Assembly (NCBI RefSeq): GCF_001194135.2
Contig: NC_068985.1
Coordinates: forward strand, 93,723,687 to 93,785,849
Source of the DNA: Octopus bimaculoides
Lineage: Eukaryota
DNA: 62,163 nt
Direction: 5' to 3'
Within the stretch, counting starts at the first letter, position 1. Every line of letters begins with the position of its first letter. The notes beneath the pieces are model-generated. The model searched no databases, was not told where the DNA came from, and worked only from the letters and a program-made list of their open reading frames with translations. This document shows positions 24,459 to 37,867 of this stretch, piece after piece. The position numbers were made by a program, and so were the translations under genes.

Positions 24459-25460
24459 TACTAGCTGATGTACCCGATAATTCCCGGAAAAGCGGGGCTT
24501 ATACTTTGGTTCCGTTCTCATATTTGTTTCGCTAATCCAATAACAACAATACAAAATATGTAACCCTTAAAACGGTTTTTGTGCATTTACAGAGAATACC
24601 GAACTGTCTTCACAGGATCTTGTTTTTAGGAATTTCCAATAAGTTATGAATACTCAAATTGCGAAGTNNNNNNNNNNNNNNNNNNNNNNNNNNNNNNNNN
24701 NNNNNNNNNNNNNNNNNNNNTCTTGTTTTTAGGAATTTCCAATAAGTTATGAATACTCAAATTGCGAAGTCAGTTATGTAATGACATGAAATTAGTTATT
24801 CGATTGTAAGAATTCAAATGAAGCAGCCCCGAATGCGTTCCCAGAGTATATAGAACATAGGAGGAAATACTAATAAGGTATGTGAACTAAAATCGTGAAG
24901 CATGTTATATAATAACAGGTTAATCAGATATTAATTAATAACAATTCAAAGTAAATAACTCTGAAAAGGGCTTTTGTGTGCTTCTAGAGAATATTACCCT
25001 CAGTGGCCCTAGTATTAGTATATTCGTGAATAATTCACTAACTAAAATAAGTGGATCTATTGTTTAGGAAAATACTATCTTCTTGTTTAAGGAGTGTACT
25101 GGATAAATTGCGAAAATATCTCTAACAGTTCAAATACTAAGAAATAAGCATGCTCAATTTGATTTATACCAAATGATTTAGGAAAATGAATGGGTTATTT
25201 CCTTTGGCTGTTAAAATCTTGGCGAATGGGTTATTTGCTATGGCTATTAAAATGAAATATATTAGATATATATAAGGAGCCCTTCCAGGGTCCCTATTAT
25301 CGATTTTTTTCCACAATCTGAGTATGTCATGAGGTTTCCAGACAAAAGTTCTACTCGCGTGTCAAGTTTCATCAAAATCAATAATACAATGTAGGAGGAG
25401 TTAGCTAACAACTCCACAAACACACCCACAGACAGAATTTTTCCCACATATGTAGTAGAT
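24459..25460 (+). mobile_element. Non-autonomous Helitron/Helentron-like element
   Basis: Starts tactagctgatgtacccg, contains aagtttcatcaaaatc...tgtaggaggagttagc, ends tgtagtagat; similar 3' block at 36395-36480. Confidence 0.5.
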
Positions 25461-25569
25461 ATACACACACACATGTACATATATACATACATATAGGTAT
25501 ATATATACCTACATATATATACATATGTATATATGTACATATACATGTATAGATATCTATATGTGTATA

Positions 25570-25666
<97 letters not shown>

Positions 25667-25801
25667 GTATATATATATGTATGTATATACATGTGTACAT
25701 GTATAGATATATGTATATATATATGTAAGTGTGTATGCACACATACACATATCTATAATTACTGTTACAATGACTATTTAAATACCAACGTTGCCCAACG
25801 A

Positions 25802-25853
<52 letters not shown>

Positions 25854-26589
25854 NNNNNNNNNNNNNNNNNNNNNNNNNNNNNNNNNNNNNNNNNNNNNNN
25901 NNNNNNNNNNNNNNNNNNNNNNNNNNNNNNNNNNNNNNNNNNNNNNNNNNNNNNNNNNNNNNNNNNNNNNNNNNNNNNNNNNNNNNNNNNNNNNNNNNNN
26001 NNNNNNNNNNNNNNNNNNNNNNNNNNNNNNNNNNNNNNNNNNNNNNNNNNNNNNNNNNNNNNNNNNNNNNNNNNNNNNNNNNNNNNNNNNNNNNNNNNNN
26101 NNNNNNNNNNNNNNNNNNNNNNNNNNNNNNNNNNNNNNNNNNNNNNNNNNNNNNTATATATATTTATATATACACGTACATATTACATACACATAGTGTG
26201 TGTGTGTGTAGCTGAAATAAAACATCAAATGTTATGCAACATATAAGTAGGAGTTCGGCGGGGGGCTACGGAAGATATAATTTAACATTAGCAATTTCCA
26301 TTGTAACAACTGATAAATTGTATTAGAGACACACTTTCTTTGAACATTCCATCAGAATACAGCACGAACTTGAATAAGAAACGATCAGAATCCACTTCAA
26401 TAGTCGACGAAGAAACGCTAGGAAAGAAAATTTGATTGTTGTTGCAAACTCAACACAAAAGATGCGATTGAAATAATTTGGAGTAGGTTTTCCTGTCAAT
26501 AGATAGATTGCTTCATTAGGGAATGACATCAATGAGAAACACCGAATGCCAAGCAGGAAACCCGGAAGGATGTATCTCGATGCTGCTAC

Positions 26590-26624
<35 letters not shown>

Positions 26625-27077
26625 TTTAGGAACAAAACAAAATACAAACAAAATAAATAATGATGATGTTGATGATGGTGATGGTGATGCAGCTAAGGAA
26701 AATAATACCAACAAGGCCAATAGCAAAAAAAAAAAAAAAAAAATGTCAGCAACGTCATCATATCAAGATATCTGTGGTATCTGAAGAAAATTAAAACCGA
26801 AACAAAACAGCCAAACAAATTAAATAACTACAGGAATAAATAAACTGAAAGACGAAAAAGAAAAGCAAGAAATAAGCATCCTCATATACAAATTACGTAC
26901 ATACATACATACATACAAATATACCTACATACATACATACATACATACATACATACCTAAGTACGAACGTACGTACGTACAAATACATACAGTGTTAAAT
27001 GTTTTTTTCGTTTATAAACGAGAAATATGCGTTGTCAGTTGATCCGGTATCGACTTAAGGAAAACAGTCACTTTATT

Positions 27078-27135
<58 letters not shown>

Positions 27136-27136
<1 letters not shown>

Positions 27137-27545
27137 TGAGCAAATATAAAGATCTTGAAATAGAAATTAGCAAAATGTGGAATCTGAAGACGAAAACAAT
27201 ACCTATTGTTATAGATGCCTGGGAATGACAGAGAAACGGGCTGATTACTACGTAGCTCAGATACCAGGAAACCCCAAAATGGCTGAAGTTCAAAAGATAG
27301 TGCTCATTGGAACTGCCCATTTCCTACGTAAAATACTGTCTATGTGATCTCAAATTTTAAAGCAAACACATAATTTTCTTATGGTTTCTTAAACATTCAC
27401 TTGAACAAAACTGTACAAATCCAAATATATGGTACCCTAGGCATAACACCTACATGAACTTCTAACTTGTTGTCTCTTGAGGTCTCTGGGTGAGACTTGG
27501 ATCCAACTTGTACAAATGCAAAACAAAAGTCAAACATAAAATAAT
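27136..27545 (+). mobile_element. 5'-truncated R4/Dong-type non-LTR retrotransposon (RLE C-terminus and 3' UTR) in (AAT)n
   Basis: LSKYKDLEIEISKMWNLKTKTIPIVIDA / frameshift / LGM...QIPGNPKMAEVQKIVLIGTAHFLRKILSM*; (AAT)n on both sides. Confidence 0.85.
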
Positions 27546-28192
27546 AATAATAATAATATACAGTTTGAATCTGTTTTGAGGTATAAGAAATTAGCCGACA
27601 ATGTCAGCATACCTTGTTTATAACATCAATATATCTTGTATGACTCTTACACACGGCGGTCAGCATCCGATTTTGGTTATTTTAATTCAAAACTTCCTTC
27701 CTTCCTTCCTTCTAAAAGCATCTCACCCTCATCTCCCACACCCTCTACATACCTCCTGTCTTTCCTCTTGCTCCCCCCCCTCCGTTGCACCCGCATCCTC
27801 CCCCACATACCCATAGAACTGCACTCCCATCTGGTTCCTAAACACACTCCTCGCTACTCATATTCTTTATCTTTCTCGTTCTTTCTCTCTCAATCTCTTA
27901 ATGACTTTNNNNNNNNNNNNNNNNNNNNNNNNNNNNNNNNNNNNNNNNNNNNNNNNNNNNNNNNNNNNNNNNNNNNNNNNNNNNNNNNNNNNNNNNNNNN
28001 NNNNNNNNNNNNNNNNNNNNNNNNNNNNNNNNNNNNNNNNNNNNNNNNNNNNNNNNNNNNNNNNNNNNNNNNNNNNNNNNNNNNNNNNNNNNNNNNNNNN
28101 NNNNNNNNNNNNNNNNNNNNNNNNNNNNNNNNNNNNNNNNNNNNNNNNNNNNNNNNNNNNNNNNNNNNNNNNNNNNNNNNNNNNNNNNNNNN

Positions 28193-28225
<33 letters not shown>

Positions 28226-28769
28226 CGTTGAATTATACAGAAAAACAGAAGACAAAGACAGGTGTATGAACAAGCAGGTTTATTAGTTTTACGCTCATTC
28301 AGTTTTTGTCCGCCAAATTCTCTCACAAGGCTTTGGTCGCCCCGAAGCTACACTAGAAGATAACCAACTATTTGACAAAACTGGGCATAAAAACGGCCCC
28401 TAAGGAGATCGGAGTTTTGAACTTCTTTGAAATTAATAAACGTCTCTACCGAAAAGGTCTCAAAACCTCTGGAATAACGTATTCATATGTGGTTTAAAAT
28501 CACGAACAAACTACATAATAATGAATAATCTATATTACCTTTGGATGGCATAACTGATTATGTAACTCTAGAATCAATAATGCCTTCCTACGTATTTCGA
28601 TAACGAATATGAGATACCTTGTTTTTTCTCCAAGGTCTATAACTAATATTTTCATAGAAATTAATTCAAATCATGATCGTATGAATTTATCACTTTTATT
28701 TATATAATGTCGACTGAAAGAATGCTGCTGAAAGTGGAACGTCTATCAGCGAAGGTTGGGCAAGAATGA

Positions 28770-29745
28770 TCAAGAAGTTAGAAACCTCGCTATTTTCGAT
28801 AACAAAACTCTTATAATTGCAAAATCTTCTAGTTTAATTATTGATCGTATATCATATTCTCCCAGCAGAAGATAAAGATTGAGTGTCAAAGGCTCGGAAA
28901 TATCCATTTTGGAAAAATGCATCTCTCATTGCAGTTTGCAGTGCAACTCTTTGAAGTAGTAATGGAATTGTTCGCTGAAATTTGGCTCATGGACGACTGG
29001 CGATTTTGGAAGTTCCATGGAAATTTGAATTTGATAATTAAGAATGAAGATCTGTGAGATTTGGGAATAATATACTACAATTAAGTATCTATTTTATAAC
29101 GTATGCAAAGAAATCAATGAGGCGATTAAGTGAAGCTAAGTTTGATGGAGTCTAAAACTTCGTTAATAGCTCACACCTTTTGGAATTTTGATCTAAGTGT
29201 ATCACCTTTTATAATGGAACCGAAACAATGGTTTATTTTGAAGAGTATTGACATGTTTATTATTAAACTGAACATCAAAGATGTTAAGTGCTTTTATGAA
29301 ATTGGACCAGCTCTCATTTTTGTGTTGCCTCTTGCCGCAAATTATAATGTTATCGAGATATAGAGGTTTTCCTAAAATTCTGATTTAAGATGAAAGAATT
29401 CATAATTCGTTGGAACATAAATACGATGTTGATAAATTCATAAGAAAGTCTGATGTATTTGGAAAGGTTTCTCAGTGCTTTAAATGTTGTCACACGGTAC
29501 TCCGAAGAAAGTATGGAACCTGTTGATAAGAATAACGAAGATCGAAAATAGAGAATTGAATTTTTACGCAATATTTGAATAAAGATTATCAATCGATGAC
29601 ACAGGAAATGAATAGAAGTCAGTGTATTATTAATTGTTCTTGAATAATCGATAAGTTAGCGTAGCTTTGATTTTTCATTATTAACAAAACATTGAACAAC
29701 CATGGGTTTCTACTCTCTTGAATAATTTCATTGTTTAGAGGACAT
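28770..29745 (-). pseudogene. Decayed divergent protein-kinase-like frame (copy K1)
   Basis: IQILRK...ILSSEY...NLSKYIRLSYEFINIVFMFQRIMN / GKPLYLDNIII / KV*AI / ISEPLTLNLYLLLGEYDIRS in kinase subdomain order, with stops and frameshifts. By-eye only. Confidence 0.3.
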
Positions 29746-30939
29746 TTCATTTCTTTTCTGAATGACGTGTATTCGTTAGCTTTCTGTGATTTTCTTACCG
29801 AAGACTTGATCTTATATCGACAACTTGCTTTTACAGAAGAAGCTCTTTAATACATTGATAGACGTGAAAGACTACCTTTTAATTTTATAGCGAGACATAT
29901 TAATAGATGTACACGTCTACCTTCTAATTTCATACTGCGACGTACTGAGAACTTCCAATATTACCATGTGTAAGCTAAGGAGGCGGGATAGCAGAAACGT
30001 TAGCATGCCGTGGAAAATACTTAACGGTATTGCGTCTGTCCTTACGTTCCGAGTTCAAATTCCACCGAGTTTGATTCTGCCTTTCATCCTTTCGAGGTCG
30101 ATAAAATGTTATTTTACCCGTTGTGTACTGGGATCCATGTAATCTACTTTCCCCTTCCCTTTCCTCTCCCAAAATTGCTGGCCTTGTGAGGGTGCAATTT
30201 GAAACCATTATCATTGCGTGGAACAATTGTAAACGACAATAGAATAATCTTATTAGATAAGGATTTTAGAAATCGATTTATTTGATAGCATATTATTTTT
30301 CGTCTACTTCACATCATATACTACTTTATTTGTTGCAAAAAAGTTATTTTTAATGAATGTGTAACCATAGCATTTTACAAGATATCTATTAACCACAATT
30401 CAAAATTACTTTTGTCCCAAGATAATATTCTTGAAAATATTGGAGATAAACACACACACGCACACACTTCTTTTCGTCATGAACCCGAAGGAAAAGAGAT
30501 AATTTTTAGTTGTATCTTTTTTTACATTCCCTATTATGACAGCTACGACAAACTGCAGTTCCAAAGTCGATTTTTCTGCTGCTTGTTTTGGATACTAAAA
30601 ATCTGTGGAACGATCTTCTCTCCAACATGTACAAAAATCATTAGGACTAAAGAAACATGGACGATTTTGTTTCGCAGTTGATATAAACAAGATGCACTGA
30701 TTGTAAAGATGATGTAAATGAATTTGCATTGCTTATTGCTCTTTCAGTTGCGATTGGATTGGATTGCCCATATTCAGTCCACTGCAGGACGAAGTCTTCA
30801 GCATGTTCTGTCCACCAACCACGGTCTGATGTGTAGGCCGTGACTTTGAGATCATACTGGTTTGATGAGCCTACTCTGCCACACTAACTCAACATTGCTT
30901 GGCAGAGGATTGCAGTTTGTTTTATTCATACCCAGGAGT

Positions 30940-31610
30940 AGTTAAGTCGATTACATCGACTCCAGTGCGTAACTGGTACTTATTTTATCGACCCCGAAGG
31001 GATGAAAGGCAGAGTCGACTTCGGTGGAAAAAGAAGTTCAAATTCCGCCGAGGTCGACTTTGCCTTTCATCCTTTCGGGGTCGATAAATTAAGTACCAGT
31101 TACGCACTGGGGTCGATGTAATGGACTTAATCCCTTTGTCTGTCCTTGTTTGTCCCCTCTATGTGTAGCTCCTTGTGGGCAATAAAGAAATAAGAAACGT
31201 TAGCACACTGGGTGAAATGCTTAGCGGTATTTTGTCTGTTTTTACGTTCTGAGTTCAAATACCGCCGAGGTCGACTTTACCTTTCATCCTTTTTCGGGGT
31301 CGATAAATTAAGTACCAATTGCATACTGGGGTCCATCTAATCGATTGGCACCCTCCCCAAAAATTTCGGACCTTGTGCCTAGAGTAGAAGAGAATATTTA
31401 TAGATGGGACTAAAGCGGCGAGTTGGCAGAAACGTTAGCACGCCGGGCGAAAGGCTTAGCGGTATTTCGTCTGTCTTTATGTTCTGAGTTCAAATTCCGC
31501 CGAGGTCGACTTTACTTTTCATCCTTTCGGGGTCGATAAATTAATTACCAGTTTTGTACTAGGGTCGATCCGATCGACTTAGCCCCTCTCCCCAAATTGC
31601 TGGCTTTGTG
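30940..31610. mobile_element. Cluster of Meta-like SINEs: one minus fragment facing a plus dimer and a plus monomer
   Basis: Minus 30940-31028; plus 31030-31392 and 31413-31610. Confidence 0.85.
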
Positions 31611-31649
31611 CCAAAATTTCACATCAACATTTACAGTTGAGCCTTTCTG

Positions 31650-32025
31650 GAATTTTAGCATCACATCACCCCTAACATCTGGCCACTTATCTCCCCAGAC
31701 TGCAACTCCTTTGATTATTATGTGTGGGGCGCAGTTGAGCGAGAGACCAACAAACTCCTTGTAACACCAAAGACGAACTGAAAGCAAGGATTATGGCAAC
31801 ATTCACCAACTTAAACAAGGAAACCATTCAGAAGAATTGCGAGAGATTCCCAAAGTCGTCAGGAGGCCGTGGTTGAAGCCAATGGCAATTTTATTGAATA
31901 AATTTACTTTTTAGTATTTCAAGTTGTTTTTATGCAATTTTGGTAAATATATCTGTTAAAATGAGATGTCAGTGTTATTTTAATTTTAGCATAATTTAGA
32001 CGATAGTTTATTCACCGCATCCTGT
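31650..32025 (+). mobile_element. Tc1/mariner (maT/DD37D-like) transposase C-terminus and right end
   Basis: ITPNIWP..SPDCNSFDYYVWGAVERETN...TKDELKARIMATFTNLNKETIQKNCERF...AVVEANGNFIE* (frameshifted); ends ...cctg|TA. Confidence 0.85.
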
Positions 32026-32055
32026 ATATAATTAATTTTCGTTAAGATGCACGGG

Positions 32056-32235
32056 TGTACTAAAAACAAAAATTGTATTGATTGTTTTCACTATTTACAA
32101 AACATTGAACACATGATGGGTTTCTGTTTTCTTGAATAACTCCGTCAACGCTGTTGTAAATGTTATTGCCATGAATTTAAATCTTGTCACAAGATGGCTG
32201 ATGCCAGTAGTGATACGTCCACACGCAATGTTGCT
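32056..32235 (-). pseudogene. Kinase-like N-lobe fragment (copy K2)
   Basis: SNIACGRITTGISHLVTRFKFMAITFTTALTELFKKTETHHVFNVL*IVKTINTIFVF, collinear with subdomains I-IV; shares DNA similarity with 29684-29725. Confidence 0.3.
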
Positions 32236-33023
32236 CTGATAACAAACATCGTAGGAGAGAAAGAAGAAGCGGGTCAGAGAAAACAGTCACAAAATGGCCG
32301 ACCCAGACAGGTCAAGTAGAACAGACAGCTAACAAAATTGAATAAAATTGCCTGACTGCATTATGTTATATTTGTTTTATTTTATAGATTGAACAAAAGC
32401 CAATTTTATTCTGTATAATATTTATTTTGATCTTCGACAGATCTATTCAATCTGTAACACAGAAAATAGTATAATCTATAACCAGTTCACAACACTCTCT
32501 ACTTAAATATAATAAAATATGTACAACAGCAAATGGCCACCTGTTAGAATCATTCGTCGCTATGCCTCAGTTTTCAACCCTTTTATAGGGTTGAAGGCGC
32601 AACCCTTTTACAGCTTTTGTGCATTTACTGCAGCAACAGGATTTATCGAGGGACATTCCACTTGAACAAAGATATGAGTCAAGTCTGCATATGAGGACGG
32701 TGTCACCGTCATGTTGTCTTCTATTGCAGAAATCTAGGTGATAAACATCTAAAGGAACATAGAATTAACTGAGACAAGATCGTGGGCCTACAGCGTCACA
32801 TCTGAAGAAACAAGACTATGCTTTCTATCATTGGTCGCTGGACTGAAAATCTTGCTAATGAGCCCAGGCTCAAGTTTGGCCCTCCAAAAAGAGATCATCT
32901 TGGAAAGGTCGTTAACGGGTTGCAAATGGTTATTATTCCGCTTGCATCATTTAAAAATTCGGTTGGATCGGATGTATTACTGCTTGACTATAGGACCTGG
33001 CTTCACAAAATCTCTGAAGGAAT

Positions 33024-33403
33024 TTATTACCTCCGCCTTAACGAAGGCGGTGGAATTGTTTTCAGTCGTGTTTATTTGTTTGTTTGTTTGTCTGTGGACA
33101 AGATATCTCAAGAACCTCTGGATGGATTCGGATGAAACATCCAGTGATGTTTGGCCTTGTGGCTGGCACGAACTGATTAGATTTTGGGAGAGACCCGGTG
33201 CCGGACAAGGATTCTGGATTATTTTACCTGTTTTTTTTTTCTTAATTTTTGAGAGCGGTCGTGTTCATTTTAAGAATTCTCGTTTGTGAGATCATTCGAG
33301 TTTATTTCAGATATTCTCATTTTAAAAAATCATCTCTGGCTAATCATTGAGAGGACATTGGTGTTGTCTTGGCGGAGGTTTAGGCTCTCTGAGTGCTCTT
33401 GTT
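33024..33403 (+). mobile_element. Helentron-associated non-autonomous element (HINE/DINE-1-like)
   Basis: ttattacctccgcc 5' end, (TTTG)n tract, subterminal inverted repeat acctccgcc (33029-33037) / ggcggaggt (33371-33379), short 3' hairpin gctctctgagt. Confidence 0.8.
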
Positions 33404-33484
33404 ATTATTATTCGTTGTTAATTACATTTATAAACCTAAAAATGTTTGTATTTGTAAATTTACTCATATTTTGTATTCATGTAG

Positions 33485-33885
33485 CACAAGGTGCAGTTGT
33501 GGATGTGTGGTAAGTAGCAAGCTTCCCGACCACATGATTCTGGTTTCAGTCCCACTGCGTTGCACCTCGGGTGAGTGTCTTCTGCTATATCCCCTGGTCA
33601 ACCAACGCCTTATGAATTGATTTGGTTGACGGAAACTGAAAGAAGCCCGTCGTATATACATATGTATGTATGAGTCTTTATGCCTGTGTATGTCCTTTCC
33701 CCACTGCCTGACAACTGCTGTTGGTTTGTTGACGTCACTTTAACTTAATTGTACCACAAATGACCGATAGAACAAGTACCAGGCTTAAAGAAAGTGCTGG
33801 GGTCGATTCATTCGACTAAAAATTCTTAAAGACTGTTCCAGCATGGCCGCAATCTAATGACTGAAACAAATTAAAGATAAAAGAT
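33485..33885 (+). mobile_element. CORE-like SINE (family B), near full length
   Basis: Head, core and tail all recognisable. Confidence 0.85.
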
Positions 33886-34107
33886 AAGATGCAAAATCCA
33901 GAAATTATTCTCACATTCCTGATTTGTGAATATAAATCGAACAATTGATCTCACGTTGGAAACGGCTCCAGCTATCAGCCGTGTCAGTGATGAAGATGGG
34001 TTCACAAGTTTTATTCGATTGGAATCAGTGGAGAGACTTTCTCTGTTTAGTTTCTATGGCATGGAAAGTTACGAATTATAAAGTTAAAACAATATTTATA
34101 GTTGGGA

Positions 34108-34570
34108 CTAAGGCGGCGAGCTGGCAGAATCATTAGTACGCCGGGTGAAATACTTGGCGGTATTTCGTCTGTCTTTACGTTCTGAGTTCAAATGCCGCCG
34201 AGGTCGACTTTGTCTTTTATCCTTTCGGCATCGATCAATTAAGTACCAGTTACGTACTGCGGTCGATCTAATCTACTGGCCCCTCCCCCCAAATTTCGGG
34301 CCTTGTACCTAGAGTGGAAAAGAATGTCTATATGTCATGCTCGTATATTTATTATTAAGGCGGTGCACTGGCAGAACCGTTAGCATGCGGGACAAGTTGT
34401 TTAGCGACATTTTGTCTGTCTTATCGTACTAAGTTCAAATACCGCAGAAGTCAGTCTTTGTTTATCATCCTTTCGGGGTCGATTAAAAAGACAGAAAAAA
34501 ATTCAGAAAAGTCTATTAGACGTAGAGCATTGAGTAGTGTTCGATGTAATCGATTTGTACTTTTTCTTTA
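34108..34570 (+). mobile_element. Two Meta-like SINEs (family A)
   Basis: aaggcggcgagctggcagaa heads at about 34110 and 34358. Confidence 0.8.
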
Positions 34571-34589
34571 ATTTCAGATTTTGTACCAA

Positions 34590-34870
34590 CATTTCCTTGC
34601 ATTCCGTCGGTGACGGCGACGAGTGATCCAGTGGATCCGATCAACGGGACAGCTTGCACATGAAATCAAAGTGTAAATGGCTGAACATTCCACACACGAC
34701 ATCCGTACCCTTAACGTAGCCCTCAGAGAGATTCAACGCATCACAGAACGCGACAAAGCTCGCCCTTCAAAATACAGGTACAACTGATTCCAACCGAGTG
34801 AGTGAAGTGGAACAATATGAAATAAAGTACCTTGCTGAGTCGAATACCGTTACCACTTATCCACGCGCCT
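34590..34870 (-). mobile_element. tRNA-SINE family D
   Basis: Homologous to 49345-49675 (aaatacaggtacaact...gaaataaagt...ttgct); partial copy at 22035-22210. Confidence 0.7.
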
Positions 34871-35251
34871 TCAATACCAAGATTGCGAAGAATTATTCAA
34901 TTCACTAACAGGAAAAACCTACTCTTAAGACGGTAGCACTTAAAGGCTAAATATAATTCCAGTAATACAGTTAGTCATGCATTGTGTTTGATGTCACACT
35001 CTTATAAACGATCAGATATTTGCTTTAAAAGGGCGCTCAAAACACAATAATAACCAAATGACTAAATCACGTAAATGACAACAGATATAGCGAAGAGTAG
35101 GCTTCAAAGCTGCCAGTGACGGTCGGCTTTGGTAAATAGTCAATACAGACAGTTTAAAAGGAGAATAAATTGGTTTACAAATGGATTATTCTATTTCTGT
35201 AGATCTATGTCTATGGATATATAGATATACACATACATACATCTTTATTCT

Positions 35252-35294
<43 letters not shown>

Positions 35295-35802
35295 NNNNNN
35301 NNNNNNNNNNNNNNNNNNNNNNNNNNNNNNNNNNNNNNNNNNNNNNNNNNNNNNNNNNNNNNNNNNNNNNNNNNNNNNNNNNNNNNNNNNNNNNCTCCAC
35401 CACCACTACCACCACCACCACCACCACCACCACCATCTCCCAGACTACTATTAGTAGTACTACTGCTACTACAAACTAAAATTGAATCACTAAAACTCAA
35501 TGATGAAATATTCAAGGGAGAATACTCTTCGTTATACAGGGGAGAGAACTCGTTCCAAATATAAGGGAGAATATTCTTCATAAGTCGTGAAATAGTTTTT
35601 CTTGCTGTGGACAAATTCTTCTTTGCGATTACATCTCAGTTTGTTTACACAACATAACAGATATCGAAATGGCTGGATGCGGTTTCAAGTTGGTCTTACT
35701 AATGCAGCTATCTGGATGAATTTATTTACCACTGGTGTTAAGTTGCTGAAAACAACCTTTAAAAACTGAATACGAATTCCCTCAAAATACAATAATTGCA
35801 TA

Positions 35803-35836
<34 letters not shown>

Positions 35837-37836
35837 ACACACACACACACACACACCCACACACGCACACACACACACAAACACACATTCATGTGCGGAA
35901 GAAAAAACAGGATGAGCATGTATATTTTTATCATTTTTAATCGTCAAAATTTGAACAGACCCACACGCTCACACACACTCACACATGTACATACATATAT
36001 GTGCGTAAAATGGCGAAATTTTACGCTTTGGGTCAGATTTCGTCAAATTCAAGTCACGTTAGCTAATGCGCAAAAATGCCTAAATTTTGCTTGAGAAGTA
36101 AAATGCTCTTACCTGATCAAAATCTGAAACGCTATGGAATTAAAACAACTAATTGAAATAATAAGTTTGAGCAAATCAAAACAATTCGTATTGAAATGAA
36201 GAATTAGCAAATGCTAATAAGCTGTCTTTTTATACCCATGAAACGTTTTTCGGCAATTTTCGTAAAATTAATGTCACGATGGCTAGTGCGAAAAATGCCG
36301 AAATTTTACGATTTTTGAAAAATCAATGCTGATCAAAAATCGATTTTTAAAAAAATTCCAAGTGCGTGAAAGAACGCAATGGCATAAGCCACCCACATCT
36401 GTCAAGTTTCATCAAGGTCTGTTGGATAGTTTTGGAGGAGATAAAGTAACAAGTTAACAAACACATAAGCTTGCCATTTATTATTATTATTATTAAGTGA
36501 GAGAGCAGTGCATGCCATCAAAGTGACACTGGGGTAAAATATACGAAGCCCATTATACCCATCACGACTACCCGTCTGATAAGGGGTANNNNNNNNNNNN
36601 NNNNNNNNNNNNNNNNNNNNNNNNNNNNNNNNNNNNNNNNNNNNNNNNNNNNNNNNNNNNNNNNNNNNNNNNNNNNNNNNNNNNNNNNNNNNNNNNNNNN
36701 NNNNNNNNNNNNNNNNNNNNNNNNNNNNNNNNNNNNNNNNNNNNNNNNNNNNNNNNNNNNNNNNNNNNNNNNNNNNNNNNNNNNNNNNNNNNNNNNNNNN
36801 NNNNNNNNNNNNNNNNNNNNNNNNNNNNNNNNNNNNNNNNNNNNNNNNNNNNNNNNNNNNNNNNNNNNNNNNNNNNNNNNNNNNNNNNNNNNNNNNNNNN
36901 NNNNNNNNNNNNNNNNNNNNNNNNNNNNNNNNNNNNNNNNNNNNNNNNNNNNNNNNNNNNNNNNNNNNNNNNNNNNNNNNNNNNNNNNNNNNNNNNNNNN
37001 NNNNNNNNNNNNNNNNNNNNNNNNNNNNNNNNNNNNNNNNNNNNNNNNNNNNNNNNNNNNNNNNNNNNNNNNNNNNNNNNNNNNNNNNNNNNNNNNNNNN
37101 NNNNNNNNNNNNNNNNNNNNNNNNNNNNNNNNNNNNNNNNNNNNNNNNNNNNNNNNNNNNNNNNNNNNNNNNNNNNNNNNNNNNNNNNNNNNNNNNNNNN
37201 NNNNATATATATGTATATGTGGGCACAAGACGTCATGAAACGTGTACAACGAAAAAGTACGAAGCACGAGTACATGGAACAACGAACAACGAAAGACACA
37301 AATGGAAAACAAAACAAACAACATAAAGAACGACCCTTCATGAATTGTTGGCTGTTTTTCTAGTCTCGTATTTCGAGCATTTAACAACAATATACGCTTT
37401 CGATAAAACAGTTGCTCTCGCAAAGGAAATTAAATAAAATTTAGGGATTTTGCGTAGGGTCAAAATTGGTAACACAAATAGTACAGTGAAAACAAACAGG
37501 AAGGGCTGCTAAGCCTAAACGAGGTTGTGGTGGCGAACGCGTAAATCAAGCTAGGACAGGAGACAAACAAGAACACGTCTTTCTTGTCCCAGCTACAACG
37601 GAGGGAAAGAAAGAAATATGGCCGATGGTCACGTGGGATCCACGTAAGCAAGGGAGGAGTGAGGGAGAGAGAGTGACAGAGTAATAGGATAGAATAGTGG
37701 GAGAAGGTGAGGGAAAAGAATAAGAGAGAGAAAAACAAAAGAGTAAAAAGATCGTAGAGAGTGCGCATCAGAATTATTAAGATAAAACTTACTTGGAAGA
37801 GGATGCGTGGCGTTCAGTCATATAACAATATAAATA

Positions 37837-37867
<31 letters not shown>

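Noticed and set aside
24618-24770. Perfect 50-bp direct repeat flanking a short N gap
   Set aside because: Typical scaffolding overlap artefact, not a biological repeat or CRISPR-like array.
26333-26425. Candidate minus exon VSSSTIEVDSDRFLFKFVLYSDGMFKE
   Set aside because: The antisense frame is equally open, the donor is weak, and no independent support; left uncalled.
32192-32310. Possible first exon MADASSDTSTRN...RPRQ on plus
   Set aside because: No convincing downstream exon; overlaps the K2 minus frame, and downstream 32620-32900 looks like decayed retroelement sequence.
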